Part shown: piece after piece, positions 37,229 through 46,516 of the stretch
How the letters are laid out: every line of letters begins with the position of its first letter
Position numbering within the stretch: the first letter of the stretch is position 1
Assembly: GCA_965217585.1 (NCBI GenBank)
Contig: OZ244561.1
Span: 864,001 to 928,000 of the forward strand
Source: Candidatus Latescibacterota bacterium
GTDB taxonomy: Bacteria > Latescibacterota > UBA2968 > UBA8231
Direction: 5' to 3'
DNA length: 64,000 nucleotides
Notes under the pieces: model-generated
Databases searched by the model: none
What the model was told of the DNA's origin: nothing
The model's input: the letters and a program-made list of their open reading frames with translations, nothing else
Program-made: the position numbers and the translations under genes

Positions 37229-38887
37229 CTACGGCTGCACCAGGCGCAAAATCTGATCGGCGGCGACATCGGCCAGCGTCTGCACAGTGCCATCGGGCCA
37301 GCGCACCTCCATATCCACCCTAGCAACGGCGCCCAAACCAAAGTGCAGGCGGTGGTCATGGCTGGAAAGATAGCTGCCGCCAGACTGGCGTTCCCGCACT
37401 TGGCGGTGGACCCCAGCCGTGACGGCGACTAGGGTGCCGATTGCGTCGCGCTGCTGGCGGCCGACTAATTCGACTAGGAGCCAGTGGTTTTGTTTGCCGA
37501 CGTCATTGCGCAAGAGGCGCGCGGGGCTGGCCACAGCGCAAACCAGTAGATCGAGATCGCCGTCGTTGTCGTAGTCGGCCAAGGCTGCGCCGCGGCCGAC
37601 GTTGGGGGTGGCAAAACTGGGACCTAACGTGGAGGAAATATCGACAAATTTTCTGAGCTTCGGCTCGGTGGAGACTGCGTCCCAGGCGTTGGCCTCGTTG
37701 CGCAAAATCTGGTTGGTCTGGGCATAACTAAGCGTAGAGTCGATCTGTTCCACGATGTCGAGGACGTGGCCGTTGGCGACGAACAAATCGAGGTCGCCGT
37801 CCAGATCGACGTCGAGGAATTTAGTGCCGAAACCGAGGGGATTGTAGCTGGGCTCGAAGAGGCCGACGCCAGCGCTGATATCGGCGAATTGGCCCTGGCC
37901 GTCGTTGTGGTAGAGCGTATTGGTCTCGTGGGCGAAATTGGTGACGAACAGGTCCTGATTGCCGTCGTTGTCCCAGTCGCCAAAGTCCACGCCCATGCCG
38001 GCCTCGGCGCGGCCGTCCTCGTTGTAGCGGCCCCCGGTCGTCAGACCTGTTTCGACGAAGTGGGTCTGGCGGTTCTCATAAAGGAAGTTTAGCGTGCCGT
38101 CGTTGGCCACGTAGATATCGGTATCCCCATCCCAGTCGTAGTCAGAAAAGGCCACGCCCAAACCAGGGCCCTCTAATGTGATGCCCGCCTCATAGGTGAT
38201 GTCGGTGAATTGGCTTTGGCCGTCGTTGCGGTAGAGCAGATCGCTCGTTGGGCCGTATTCGTCCGGGTCGCAGTAGGTGTGGATATCGCCCCGCTTACAG
38301 ACGATGTTGTTGGCCGTAGTGAAGTCCACGTAGTTAGCGACGAAGAGATCGAGGTCACCGTCCAGGTCGTAGTCTAGAAAACCGCAACTGGCACCCCAGC
38401 GGCCATCGTCGACGCCCGCCCGTTTGGCGCTGTCGCTGTCGCTGAATTTTCCCGCATCATTGCGGTATAAAGCGTTGGGACCAAAGCGGGTCACGTATAA
38501 GTCCTGGTCGCCGTCGTTGTCCCAGTCGGCGGCGGCCACACCCGTGCCGTAGCCGCTATCGCCGCTGCCGGGAGCGGCGTCAAAGCGGCCGTCGCCCCGG
38601 TTGCGGTAGAGTTTGTCGGTCGGCAGGGGCTCGGGGGCCAGGCCGGTGAGATACGTGGAGTTGACCAAATAGATATCCTGCCAGCCGTCGCCATCGTAGT
38701 CCAAGAAAGCAGCTCCCGAGCCAAAAGTCTCTACGTAGAAATAGTCGCCCTCGGCACCGTTGTAGTGTACAAAGTCAAGACCGGCCGTCTGGGCGACATC
38801 GACAAAGCGCAGGGACTGCGTCGGTTCTTCCCGGCTACAGGCCACCAGCAATGGGAACAGGAACAGGACCCAGACGGAGCGAAACAT
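37229..38887 (-). CDS. CRTAC1-family FG-GAP/VCBS repeat lipoprotein with ASPIC/UnbV domain
   Basis: LVAC lipobox; repeated DYDGDGWQD/DWDNDGDQD; C-terminal GGSYLSSHDHRLHFGLG...VRWPDG. Confidence 0.92.
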   Translation of the reverse strand: MFRSVWVLFLFPLLVACSREEPTQSLRFVDVAQTAGLDFVHYNGAEGDYFYVETFGSGAAFLDYDGDGWQDIYLVNSTYLTGLAPEPLPTDKLYRNRGDGRFDAAPGSGDSGYGTGVAAADWDNDGDQDLYVTRFGPNALYRNDAGKFSDSDSAKRAGVDDGRWGASCGFLDYDLDGDLDLFVANYVDFTTANNIVCKRGDIHTYCDPDEYGPTSDLLYRNDGQSQFTDITYEAGITLEGPGLGVAFSDYDWDGDTDIYVANDGTLNFLYENRQTHFVETGLTTGGRYNEDGRAEAGMGVDFGDWDNDGNQDLFVTNFAHETNTLYHNDGQGQFADISAGVGLFEPSYNPLGFGTKFLDVDLDGDLDLFVANGHVLDIVEQIDSTLSYAQTNQILRNEANAWDAVSTEPKLRKFVDISSTLGPSFATPNVGRGAALADYDNDGDLDLLVCAVASPARLLRNDVGKQNHWLLVELVGRQQRDAIGTLVAVTAGVHRQVRERQSGGSYLSSHDHRLHFGLGAVARVDMEVRWPDGTVQTLADVAADQILRLVQP

Positions 38888-38890
38888 GAA

Positions 38891-40432
38891 TCAGCGCAGT
38901 AAAAAGGAGAGCAGCACGGCCGTGCAAAGGCACCAGAAGAGCCAGCCGGAAAGGGCCTGAAACAGGACCAGGAAGCGCAATTTGCCATGGGGACGCACTG
39001 ATGCCGCGCCCGCAATAAAAAAAGTATGCAGGCTGAAGAGCAGGCACTCCACCAGATCATCTATCAGCAACCAACGGTATAGCAGGGCAAAGAGCGCCAC
39101 CCAGGCCAAAGCGACTAGGGCTAGGCGCTCCAAGTCGGTGCCGTAGCGCGAGCTCAGGTCAAAGGCGATGAGGGCGTAGCGCTCGGTAGAGGTCCAGGGC
39201 AGGTGGTGGCGACGGCGATCCAGCGACTCTATATAACAGCCGCGGGCATCGGCGGCCATGCCGGAGAGGAGGAACTGGTGGCGCAGACCGGCATAGACGC
39301 GATCCAGATCGTAGTTGGTCTGCTCTGGGGGCTGGGCTACGTGGCCGCGCAAATGATCCCAGGTGGAGAACAGGCGCTGGAAACGCGCGTTTTGCAGCAA
39401 GAGCTGGGCTTTAGGGCCCAGCAGCGAGTCGGGCATGGTGGCGGAAGGCCGCAGATCCAGGCTGGGGGCGACTAGGTGGCGCAAGTCGAGGCTGATGCGA
39501 AAAAGGGCATTGAGCAGGAGATCGTTGTCGCTGTGGACACCGGTAAAGACCGCTTCTTTGGCGAAGATGCTGCCGTCGAAGACGGCTCCGTCGTCAAAAC
39601 GGGCTTGTTCGAAGTGGGCAGAGTGGGCGAAAGCGATATTTGCGAAAGCCGCCCGCTGCGCGAAAGCGGCTTGCTTAAACGAGGTTTCCCCGGCAAAGCG
39701 GACGCTGGAAAAATCGGCGGCATCGAATTGGGCTTGCCAAAAAAAAGACCGGTGCAGAAAGCGCGCCCCGGCAAAGGAGACGGGAGCGCGCCAGCGCGCT
39801 GCTTTGAACGAGGCCACACCGGCAAAGCGGGCGTCGCTGAAGTCGACCTCGCCGGCAAAAAGAACGTCCTCAAAATAGGCACCGCCCTCGCAGCGCAGGC
39901 GCGCGAAAGTGGCGTCGCTGAAGTGGGCTCCGGCGCAGGAAAATACGGCGGCGAGGTGGCTTTGGGTGAAGTCGGCCGTGGCGGTGAAGCGAGCATCTCT
40001 AAGGTTGGTTTTTTGCCTTACCTCGCATTCTCGCAGGGCAAAGGATTGCAAGAATTGCGCTTCAGCTAGGGAAAGGTCCGCGGCAAAGGTAGTACGAGAA
40101 AAGATCACCGGACCGAGAAAAACAACCTCGGCCAGCAAAACTTCGTCGAGGAAAAGCACATCGGTCAATTCCAGCGCCGCCCGCACGGTGTCGAGATTGG
40201 CCGCTAAGCTGGAGAGGCGACCCTTTACGGCTGTTTGCCGTAAAGCAAGACGGCTATGGTCATTGGCCGTGCTTAGGAGATCCATTAATTCCCCGGCCTC
40301 GAGCAGGGTGTAGCTGCGGCCCGCGATAGTGGTGTCGGTCGGAGCGCTCGGCTGGGCGCCAACGGCCGTGGTCAGAGCGATTATCAGGGCGAGGATGGCC
40401 CGCTTCGATTTAACCCAGTTCAATATCCACAT
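38891..40432 (-). CDS. Exported pentapeptide-repeat protein with C-terminal 2-TM ion-channel-like domain
   Basis: A(D/x)F..A.F repeats over ~200 aa; SRYGT, TM helix, LLFSLHTF pore-like segment, second TM. Confidence 0.75.
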   Translation of the reverse strand: MWILNWVKSKRAILALIIALTTAVGAQPSAPTDTTIAGRSYTLLEAGELMDLLSTANDHSRLALRQTAVKGRLSSLAANLDTVRAALELTDVLFLDEVLLAEVVFLGPVIFSRTTFAADLSLAEAQFLQSFALRECEVRQKTNLRDARFTATADFTQSHLAAVFSCAGAHFSDATFARLRCEGGAYFEDVLFAGEVDFSDARFAGVASFKAARWRAPVSFAGARFLHRSFFWQAQFDAADFSSVRFAGETSFKQAAFAQRAAFANIAFAHSAHFEQARFDDGAVFDGSIFAKEAVFTGVHSDNDLLLNALFRISLDLRHLVAPSLDLRPSATMPDSLLGPKAQLLLQNARFQRLFSTWDHLRGHVAQPPEQTNYDLDRVYAGLRHQFLLSGMAADARGCYIESLDRRRHHLPWTSTERYALIAFDLSSRYGTDLERLALVALAWVALFALLYRWLLIDDLVECLLFSLHTFFIAGAASVRPHGKLRFLVLFQALSGWLFWCLCTAVLLSFLLR

Positions 40433-40626
40433 GAGAAATATAGATACTCTGTAGAGGTATCCGGTGCAAGCTGTCGGCCCTTTAACAGCGCAGCGCGTCG
40501 ACTTTTTGAGCCGACCGACGGAGTCTTTAGATTTTTGCGCTATATTGTCGAGTATCAGGAGCGGAAACTTTAGCGGTCAATGCTAGGTACTATAAGACGG
40601 CTTCTAAAGAAAAGGACGCGTAAACC

Positions 40627-41442
40627 TTGGCGCATCAGCAACGGCTTCTAAGAGTATCGCGGAACCATCTGCTCCTAGCTCTTTTTATGGGCAGTTGGGG
40701 ATGGATCGGCTGCGGTCAAAAAGAACGACAAACACTAGCTGGCGAGCCGTCACCCAACGTGCAAAAGGAAGGCAAACCCCAACCGTTAAAGGTCGAACAA
40801 GAGGAGCAGATTGCGGCCGAGATTTACTATCGTCGCGGTCGTCGCTACCTGCAGAATGGTCAGTATGAAGAAGCGATCGGAGAATTCAGCCAAGCAGTGC
40901 ATCTGAAGCCAGATTTTGCCCGGGCCTTGGACCAGATCGGTTTGGCCTATACGCTGCAGCGAAAAGCGGGGAAAGCCATTCCGTACTACAAAAGGGCCAT
41001 CGCCCAAGCACCCGAGAATGGGGTCTTCCTCATGCATCTCGGAAAAACCTACATGGACCTTCGCGATTATGCCGCAGCCAAGAGGGCCTATCGACGCGCT
41101 CTTGAGTTGGGAGTAAAACGGGCAAAGATCTACTATGATCTAGGGCTGGTCAGTGAGCGAGAAAACGAATTGGAAGCTGCCAGAAGCTATTTCCAGCAGG
41201 CTATTCAGGTGAATTCCGAATTTGCCGACCCCTATTGCCGTCTAGGCGCTGTCCTAGAGAAGCAGGGAGAGCAAACAGAGGCCGCTTATCTCTACCAGCA
41301 AGCGCTCAAAAAAGATCCCCGCCACATTCCCACCCACTACCGTCTAGCGCAGCTTTATCTCAAACAGGGACGCCGGGAAGAAGGTCAGCGGTTATTGCGG
41401 GATTTTCAACATCTAAAGCAAGCTGAGCGCGAACGGCCATAG
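40627..41442 (+). CDS. TPR-repeat lipoprotein
   Basis: WIGC lipobox; six TPR units (IYYRRGRRY, ALDQIGLAY, IYYDLGLV, THYRLAQLY). Confidence 0.85.
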   Translation: MAHQQRLLRVSRNHLLLALFMGSWGWIGCGQKERQTLAGEPSPNVQKEGKPQPLKVEQEEQIAAEIYYRRGRRYLQNGQYEEAIGEFSQAVHLKPDFARALDQIGLAYTLQRKAGKAIPYYKRAIAQAPENGVFLMHLGKTYMDLRDYAAAKRAYRRALELGVKRAKIYYDLGLVSERENELEAARSYFQQAIQVNSEFADPYCRLGAVLEKQGEQTEAAYLYQQALKKDPRHIPTHYRLAQLYLKQGRREEGQRLLRDFQHLKQAERERP

Positions 41443-41471
41443 GGCTGAGCTGCACTTGCGATCGGCAAGAC

Positions 41472-41501
41472 TTGACACCCGATGGACAAAAGGGATAGGT
41501 T
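41472..41501 (+). promoter_or_regulatory. Candidate sigma70 promoter for the aminotransferase operon
   Basis: TTGACA (41472-41477), 18 nt, TAGGTT. Confidence 0.4.
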
Positions 41502-41585
41502 GGGTCGCAACGACCGAAAAAAGTGCGGTTCTTCTTAAATGCGGCGATTCAAATCATATATGTTTAGCCCCCATAGGAGAGTCTA

Positions 41586-42845
41586 ATGTCCCAGCAACCA
41601 GCACTAGCTCACAAGCCCACCAAGCGCGGGGCCGCCGCCCACAGCAGCGCAGGCATCGTGCCTCCTCTCTTTCCCCGCACCATAGGGCCCAATAGTCTAA
41701 AGTACGTCCAGGAGGTATTGGATTCGGGGCTAAGCTGCGATTCAGTGGGCAAGTTCGAGCAGGCGTTCGCCGCGGAACTGGGCGTCAAGCACTGCATCGC
41801 CACCCCCACCTGCACCACGGCCATGGCCGCCCTAGCGCTGGCCTTTGACTTCGATCCCGGCGACGAGGTCATCATCAGCCCGCTCACCGATTACGGCACC
41901 GTCTACGGCGTGCTCATGCACAATTATATTCCCGTTTTTCCCGATACGGCGCCGGGCACGGTCAATTTCAGTGCCGCGACCATAGAGCCCTGCATCACCG
42001 ATCGCACGCGGGCAATTCTGGCGGTGCACAAATGTGGCCTGCCCAACGATATGGATCCGATCAACGAATTGGCCGCCAAACGCGGACTGATCGTCTACGA
42101 GGACATTTGTCAGGCCATATTCAGCGAATACAAGGGGCGCATCGTCGGCACCCTGGGGACGGCCTCGGCCTTCTCTCTGGATTCGGAGAAAACCTTCAGC
42201 TCGGATAAAGGAGGTTGCATCGCTACTGACGATGACGAACTAGCGGAAAAAGTGCGCTTCCTCAGTTCGGGCCGCGCCGGGGTGGATGTGCCCCACTTCG
42301 GCCGCACCCACACGGCCTTTGGTCATGCCTACGATATGAGCCGCATGACCGCGGCGCTGTGCCTGGGTCAACTGGAGACCATCCGCGCTCAGGTAGCCAA
42401 GATCGACCGCACCGTGCGTCTGGTCACGGAGAAGCTCTCCTCTATTGCCGGCATTACGCCATTGCCCATTCCCGACTACGTCACCAAATATTCCGCCTGG
42501 ATGTCCAGCTTCAGCATCGACCCAGAGGCCTTCCAATGCACGGGCGAGGAGTTTGCCGCCCAGGTACTAGAAGCCGGAGTAAATGGAGCGGGCCAGGGCA
42601 AGTATTACCTGATGCCCGCCGCCCTCCCCTTTCTCCAGCAATACGTGGACGCCAACAAGTACCCGTTTTCGCGGCCGCCGGCCTCGCGTGTGTACCACTA
42701 CAGTTCCGCTACTTGCCCCACGGCCTGGGCTTTTCTCGAAAACTGGGTCCGCACCTGCTCGATTTCCGAAAAATGGGAAGATGAACACATAGAGATGATC
42801 GCGGCCATCGTCGCAGAAGTGGCGGACCGCAATCGGGTGGGATAG
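41586..42845 (+). CDS. DegT/DnrJ/EryC1/StrS PLP-dependent aminotransferase
   Basis: AGGAG RBS; FEQAFAAELGVKHCIA, PGDEVI, ITDRTRAILAVH, EDICQA, FSLDSEK (PLP lysine), GGCIATDDDELA. Confidence 0.9.
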   Translation: MSQQPALAHKPTKRGAAAHSSAGIVPPLFPRTIGPNSLKYVQEVLDSGLSCDSVGKFEQAFAAELGVKHCIATPTCTTAMAALALAFDFDPGDEVIISPLTDYGTVYGVLMHNYIPVFPDTAPGTVNFSAATIEPCITDRTRAILAVHKCGLPNDMDPINELAAKRGLIVYEDICQAIFSEYKGRIVGTLGTASAFSLDSEKTFSSDKGGCIATDDDELAEKVRFLSSGRAGVDVPHFGRTHTAFGHAYDMSRMTAALCLGQLETIRAQVAKIDRTVRLVTEKLSSIAGITPLPIPDYVTKYSAWMSSFSIDPEAFQCTGEEFAAQVLEAGVNGAGQGKYYLMPAALPFLQQYVDANKYPFSRPPASRVYHYSSATCPTAWAFLENWVRTCSISEKWEDEHIEMIAAIVAEVADRNRVG

Positions 42846-42850
42846 GTCCG

Positions 42851-43657
42851 ATGAGTAAGACGCTTAAACTCAAGACTCGCCATTACCGCGCCCGGCCCAT
42901 AGACAAAGCCGGCTACGCAGAGGACGTCTTCGAGCTGCCAGTGGAACGCACGGCGCTCATTGGTTTGCACTGCTGGAATGTGGGGCTGCCGGATGGCCCT
43001 GAGATCGACGTCAACTACGTCACGGGCATGGGCTGGCCTCAGGCCACCGAAGAATCCTGGCGCGTTATGCAAGAAGTGATCCGGCCGGCCATGGATATCG
43101 CCCGGCGGCTCGGTATGCCGGTGTGCCACGTCGAGCCCGAGGATTTTGACAAGCACTACCCCGAGGTGCCTTCTCGCCGCACCCCGGAAAACCAGCGCTG
43201 CGCGGCCTCTCTGCGGCACCCGTCGGACCGCTGGGCCATCGCCCGCACCGGCGAATTCCAAACCATCGAAAAAAGATCGACCGGCGTCGATCTGGCCAAA
43301 TCGCCCGCTGCGCGCATGAAAAGGGCCAAAATCGTCGCGCCGATGGGGGACGAACCCCTCGTCTTTTACACCGACCAGCTCGACGCATACCTGCAAGAGC
43401 GCGGCGTCGAAACCCTCATCTATACGGGCTTTGCCGCGGATATGTGCATTCTCAACTCAGAGGGGGGGGGCCGCCCCATGCTGCGGGCGGGCTACCGCTG
43501 TATTCTCATGCGGGACGGCACGGTGGGCGTGGAAACGCCCGATACCTTTCCCGAGCGTCTGGCCACGCGTTATGGCATTCACCGCTTTGAAATAGCCGTA
43601 GGTTATTCCACCACCTGGGCGGATTTCCAGACCGCCGTTGCAACGCTAGATAAATAA
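42851..43657 (+). CDS. Isochorismatase/cysteine hydrolase family protein
   Basis: ERTALI; LDAYLQERGVETLIYTGFAADMCI; GYRCILMRD. Confidence 0.75.
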   Translation: MSKTLKLKTRHYRARPIDKAGYAEDVFELPVERTALIGLHCWNVGLPDGPEIDVNYVTGMGWPQATEESWRVMQEVIRPAMDIARRLGMPVCHVEPEDFDKHYPEVPSRRTPENQRCAASLRHPSDRWAIARTGEFQTIEKRSTGVDLAKSPAARMKRAKIVAPMGDEPLVFYTDQLDAYLQERGVETLIYTGFAADMCILNSEGGGRPMLRAGYRCILMRDGTVGVETPDTFPERLATRYGIHRFEIAVGYSTTWADFQTAVATLDK

Positions 43658-43672
43658 AAAGACAACGGAACT

Positions 43673-44668
43673 ATGGCCCTGCGCATCTGCGACTGGAAAT
43701 ACGGCAAGAACTGGGTTTATTCGATTACCTACGACGAGGCGCTGGCCGATCTACACCGCTTTGCCATTCCCCATCACGAGGAATTCGGCATTCCCGGACA
43801 CGTAGAGGCCGTGGCCCAGCAGATCGGCGAAATCCGCAATATCGGCACTTCCAGCTTCAACGGCTACCGGCACATGAATGGCGATGAGCTCAAGGATTTG
43901 CTCGCCCGCGGCTGGGGCGTGGGCAGCCACGGCTGGAGTCACCACTTTATCAGGCCCGATATGGTCGACCAAGAAATCCGCCTGTCTCGCGATGTTATAG
44001 AACAGGCTATCGGCGCTCCTGTGCTGCTGTACTGCGCCCCCAACGGCATTGAAAATATGTCCGGCTATGTGCTGGACGCCTGTCGCCAACTCGGTTACTT
44101 GGGCGCCATGAGCATAACGGATGGGGTGAACGCGGCGAGCGATGAATTGTACTACCTCAATCGCACGCCGTTGCACGAAAGCTATGAGGAGCCTTTTTAC
44201 AGCGCTTACGACCCGTTCCGCCATATTCTGCTGGCCCAGGAGGCCAAGGGTTGGATTATCGACTACTGCCACTGCCCGTTGGAACAGGCCGTTCACCCCA
44301 ACAAAGACTGCTCGCAAGCGCAATTGCGCCTGCGTTTGCAGACGATCATCGCAGAGGGCGGTGACCAGGTCTGGTGCGCCGTGCCCGAAGAGGTCATTTC
44401 CTATCACTTGTGCCGACGGCACGCCGTGGTCGAAACCGTGGCCGCAACGGCTCGCGAACAACGATACCGGATCCGCTATGAGGCGTTGCCTGCCCGGGTT
44501 GAGCGCCGGGAGTTGACCTTTGAAGTGGAGGTGCCGACGGCCTGGTGCAATTCTCCCCGAGTGTGGGTAAACGGGGTGCCCCGGTCGGCCTCTGTGGTGC
44601 GCCCTCGCCTGCTGCGGACGACGGTGGAGGCGGAGGATGGGACGGAGTTGCAGTTTCGTCCTTCGTAG
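43673..44668 (+). CDS. Polysaccharide deacetylase (NodB/CE4-like), paralog 1
   Basis: SITYDEA, MNGDELKDLLARGWGVGSHGWSH, YCAPNG, WIIDYCH. Confidence 0.8.
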   Translation: MALRICDWKYGKNWVYSITYDEALADLHRFAIPHHEEFGIPGHVEAVAQQIGEIRNIGTSSFNGYRHMNGDELKDLLARGWGVGSHGWSHHFIRPDMVDQEIRLSRDVIEQAIGAPVLLYCAPNGIENMSGYVLDACRQLGYLGAMSITDGVNAASDELYYLNRTPLHESYEEPFYSAYDPFRHILLAQEAKGWIIDYCHCPLEQAVHPNKDCSQAQLRLRLQTIIAEGGDQVWCAVPEEVISYHLCRRHAVVETVAATAREQRYRIRYEALPARVERRELTFEVEVPTAWCNSPRVWVNGVPRSASVVRPRLLRTTVEAEDGTELQFRPS

Positions 44669-44692
44669 GGGCGACCGGCCGGTCGCCCCTAC
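44665..44692. repeat. GTAG-family REP palindrome
   Basis: Perfect 28-bp palindrome GTAGGGGCGACCGGCCGGTCGCCCCTAC, overlapping the stop codon. Confidence 0.85.
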
Positions 44693-44725
44693 TGGCTAAA
44701 AACCATTCGCTGTGAAGGATAGATT

Positions 44726-45721
44726 ATGTCGCTGCGCATTTGCGATTGGAAATACGGCAAACGCTGGGTCTACTCCATTACCTACGACGAGGCCCTGATC
44801 GATTTGCACCGTTTTGCTGTGCCCTATCACGAAGAATGCGGTATTCCCGGGCACTTGGAAGTAGTCGTCGGGCAAATGGGGGAAGTGCGCCGGGTCGCCG
44901 GGTCGAGCTTCAATGGCTACCGGCATATGAATGCCGATGAGCTCAAAGACCTGATGGCTCGCGGCTGGGGCGTCGGCAATCACTCGTGGACTCACGTCTT
45001 TATCAAACCCGAGATGGTCGATCAGGAGCTGCGCGTGGCCAGGGAGGTTTTAGAGCAAGCCATTGACGCGCCGGTGCCGCTGTATTGTGCCCCCGGCAGC
45101 AACCGCAATATGGCCCCACACATTCTCGAGGCCTGCCGCCAACTCGGCTATTTGGGCGCGATGAGCATCAGGGAGGGAATAAATCGACCCGCAGACGAGT
45201 GCTATTGGCTCGACCGCAGTCCTCTGATCCATGAATACCCCCCTCCTTTCTTCAGCAAACACGATCCCTTCCGCAATATTCTCCCCGCCCGCCAGTCCCG
45301 CGGTTGGGTCATCGACTACTGCCACTGCCCGCTCGAAGAGCCCATCCACATCAATAAGGATTGCTCCGCAGCCCAGCTACGCAAGCGCTTGGAGACGGTG
45401 CTTGCAGAGGGCGGCGACGAAGTCTGGTGCGCCGTGCCCGAAGAAGTCGTGTTCTATCATCTGAGCCGGCGTCATGCCGCCATTGACGTTGTTGGCGACA
45501 GTGTCGATGAGCAGCGGTATCAAATTTCTTTCACCGATCTGCCCGCCGGCGTGGCTTGCAAGGAGCTGACCTTTGAAGCGGAAGTGCCGGCGGCCTGGTG
45601 CAACTTTCCCCGTATATGGGTCGACGGCGTAGCGCAGACAGCGGAGTTAGTGCGGCCCCGGGTGCTGCGAGCCACTGTCGATGTAGGGGATGGGGTCGAA
45701 GTGGGGTTTCGCGCCGGATAA
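44726..45721 (+). CDS. Polysaccharide deacetylase (NodB/CE4-like), paralog 2
   Basis: Same length (331 aa) and collinear with paralog 1; SITYDEA, GNHSWTH. Confidence 0.8.
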   Translation: MSLRICDWKYGKRWVYSITYDEALIDLHRFAVPYHEECGIPGHLEVVVGQMGEVRRVAGSSFNGYRHMNADELKDLMARGWGVGNHSWTHVFIKPEMVDQELRVAREVLEQAIDAPVPLYCAPGSNRNMAPHILEACRQLGYLGAMSIREGINRPADECYWLDRSPLIHEYPPPFFSKHDPFRNILPARQSRGWVIDYCHCPLEEPIHINKDCSAAQLRKRLETVLAEGGDEVWCAVPEEVVFYHLSRRHAAIDVVGDSVDEQRYQISFTDLPAGVACKELTFEAEVPAAWCNFPRIWVDGVAQTAELVRPRVLRATVDVGDGVEVGFRAG

Positions 45722-45724
45722 CGC

Positions 45725-46513
45725 TCAAAACAGAGATTTGGCGAAGGTTAGGTCTTCGGCGAGGAGTCGCTCTGTGGAGGCTGCATCGTGGTATTCGGCA
45801 TCCATGCAGACGACACCGCTGAAGCCCCTTCGTTTCAGTTCCGCCACCGACCGCGGCCACGAAGCCAGGCCCTGCCGTCCCGTGGTCCAATAAGGACGCC
45901 ATTCCACGTTTTCCGCTTCCGCTCCGGTCTGCCGCCGCCAGTACGCATTCTTGAGCTTGAATTGGGACAGATGCGACCAGACGATATCGATCGCCATCTC
46001 GGGGGATTCTCCGTTGAGAGCAGTGTGCCCGGCACAGGGTATGGCGCAGATATGGCTGGGATCGTAGCGGTCGATTAGGTGTTTAATGCCCATGGCATTG
46101 CACACCCATTGGCCTTCGTGATTTTGGATGCCCAAAGCGACCCCGTGTTTGTCGAGCAAGGGAATCAGGGCGTCAAAGGCTCGCTGGTGCCCTTCTACGC
46201 TGGCCAAATACCCCCCGGTAGCGATGGCTGGACAGGTGCGAATGACCGGAACTCCGGCCGCGCCGCAAGCCGCAATGGTTGCTTCGTCCGTCGGTCCGGC
46301 CACACTGGTAATGGCGACACCCAAAGCGCCGAGTTCCTTTGCCGCTTTGGGCAAGTCGCGTCCAACACTTTCGGGGGGCACTGGATAATCCGCACGCACG
46401 GGCAGTTCAATGCCGTCGAAGCCCAGATCGAGGACAAACTCTCCGAGTTCGGTTGGAGATTTGTCCTTCCACATTTTGGTGAAAACGGAAAAGGAAACGC
46501 CTTTTTTTTGCAT
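45725..46513 (-). CDS. Sugar phosphate isomerase/epimerase (xylose isomerase-like TIM barrel)
   Basis: SVFTKMW, LGFDGIELPVR, LGIQNH, GQGLASW-like segment, LKRRGFSGVVCMDAEY. Confidence 0.85.
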   Translation of the reverse strand: MQKKGVSFSVFTKMWKDKSPTELGEFVLDLGFDGIELPVRADYPVPPESVGRDLPKAAKELGALGVAITSVAGPTDEATIAACGAAGVPVIRTCPAIATGGYLASVEGHQRAFDALIPLLDKHGVALGIQNHEGQWVCNAMGIKHLIDRYDPSHICAIPCAGHTALNGESPEMAIDIVWSHLSQFKLKNAYWRRQTGAEAENVEWRPYWTTGRQGLASWPRSVAELKRRGFSGVVCMDAEYHDAASTERLLAEDLTFAKSLF

Positions 46514-46516
46514 TTT

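Noticed and set aside
37229-40432. Repetitive DNA in the CRTAC1 and pentapeptide genes as possible arrays
   Set aside because: Explained by protein-level FG-GAP and pentapeptide repeats; no constant repeat-spacer pattern
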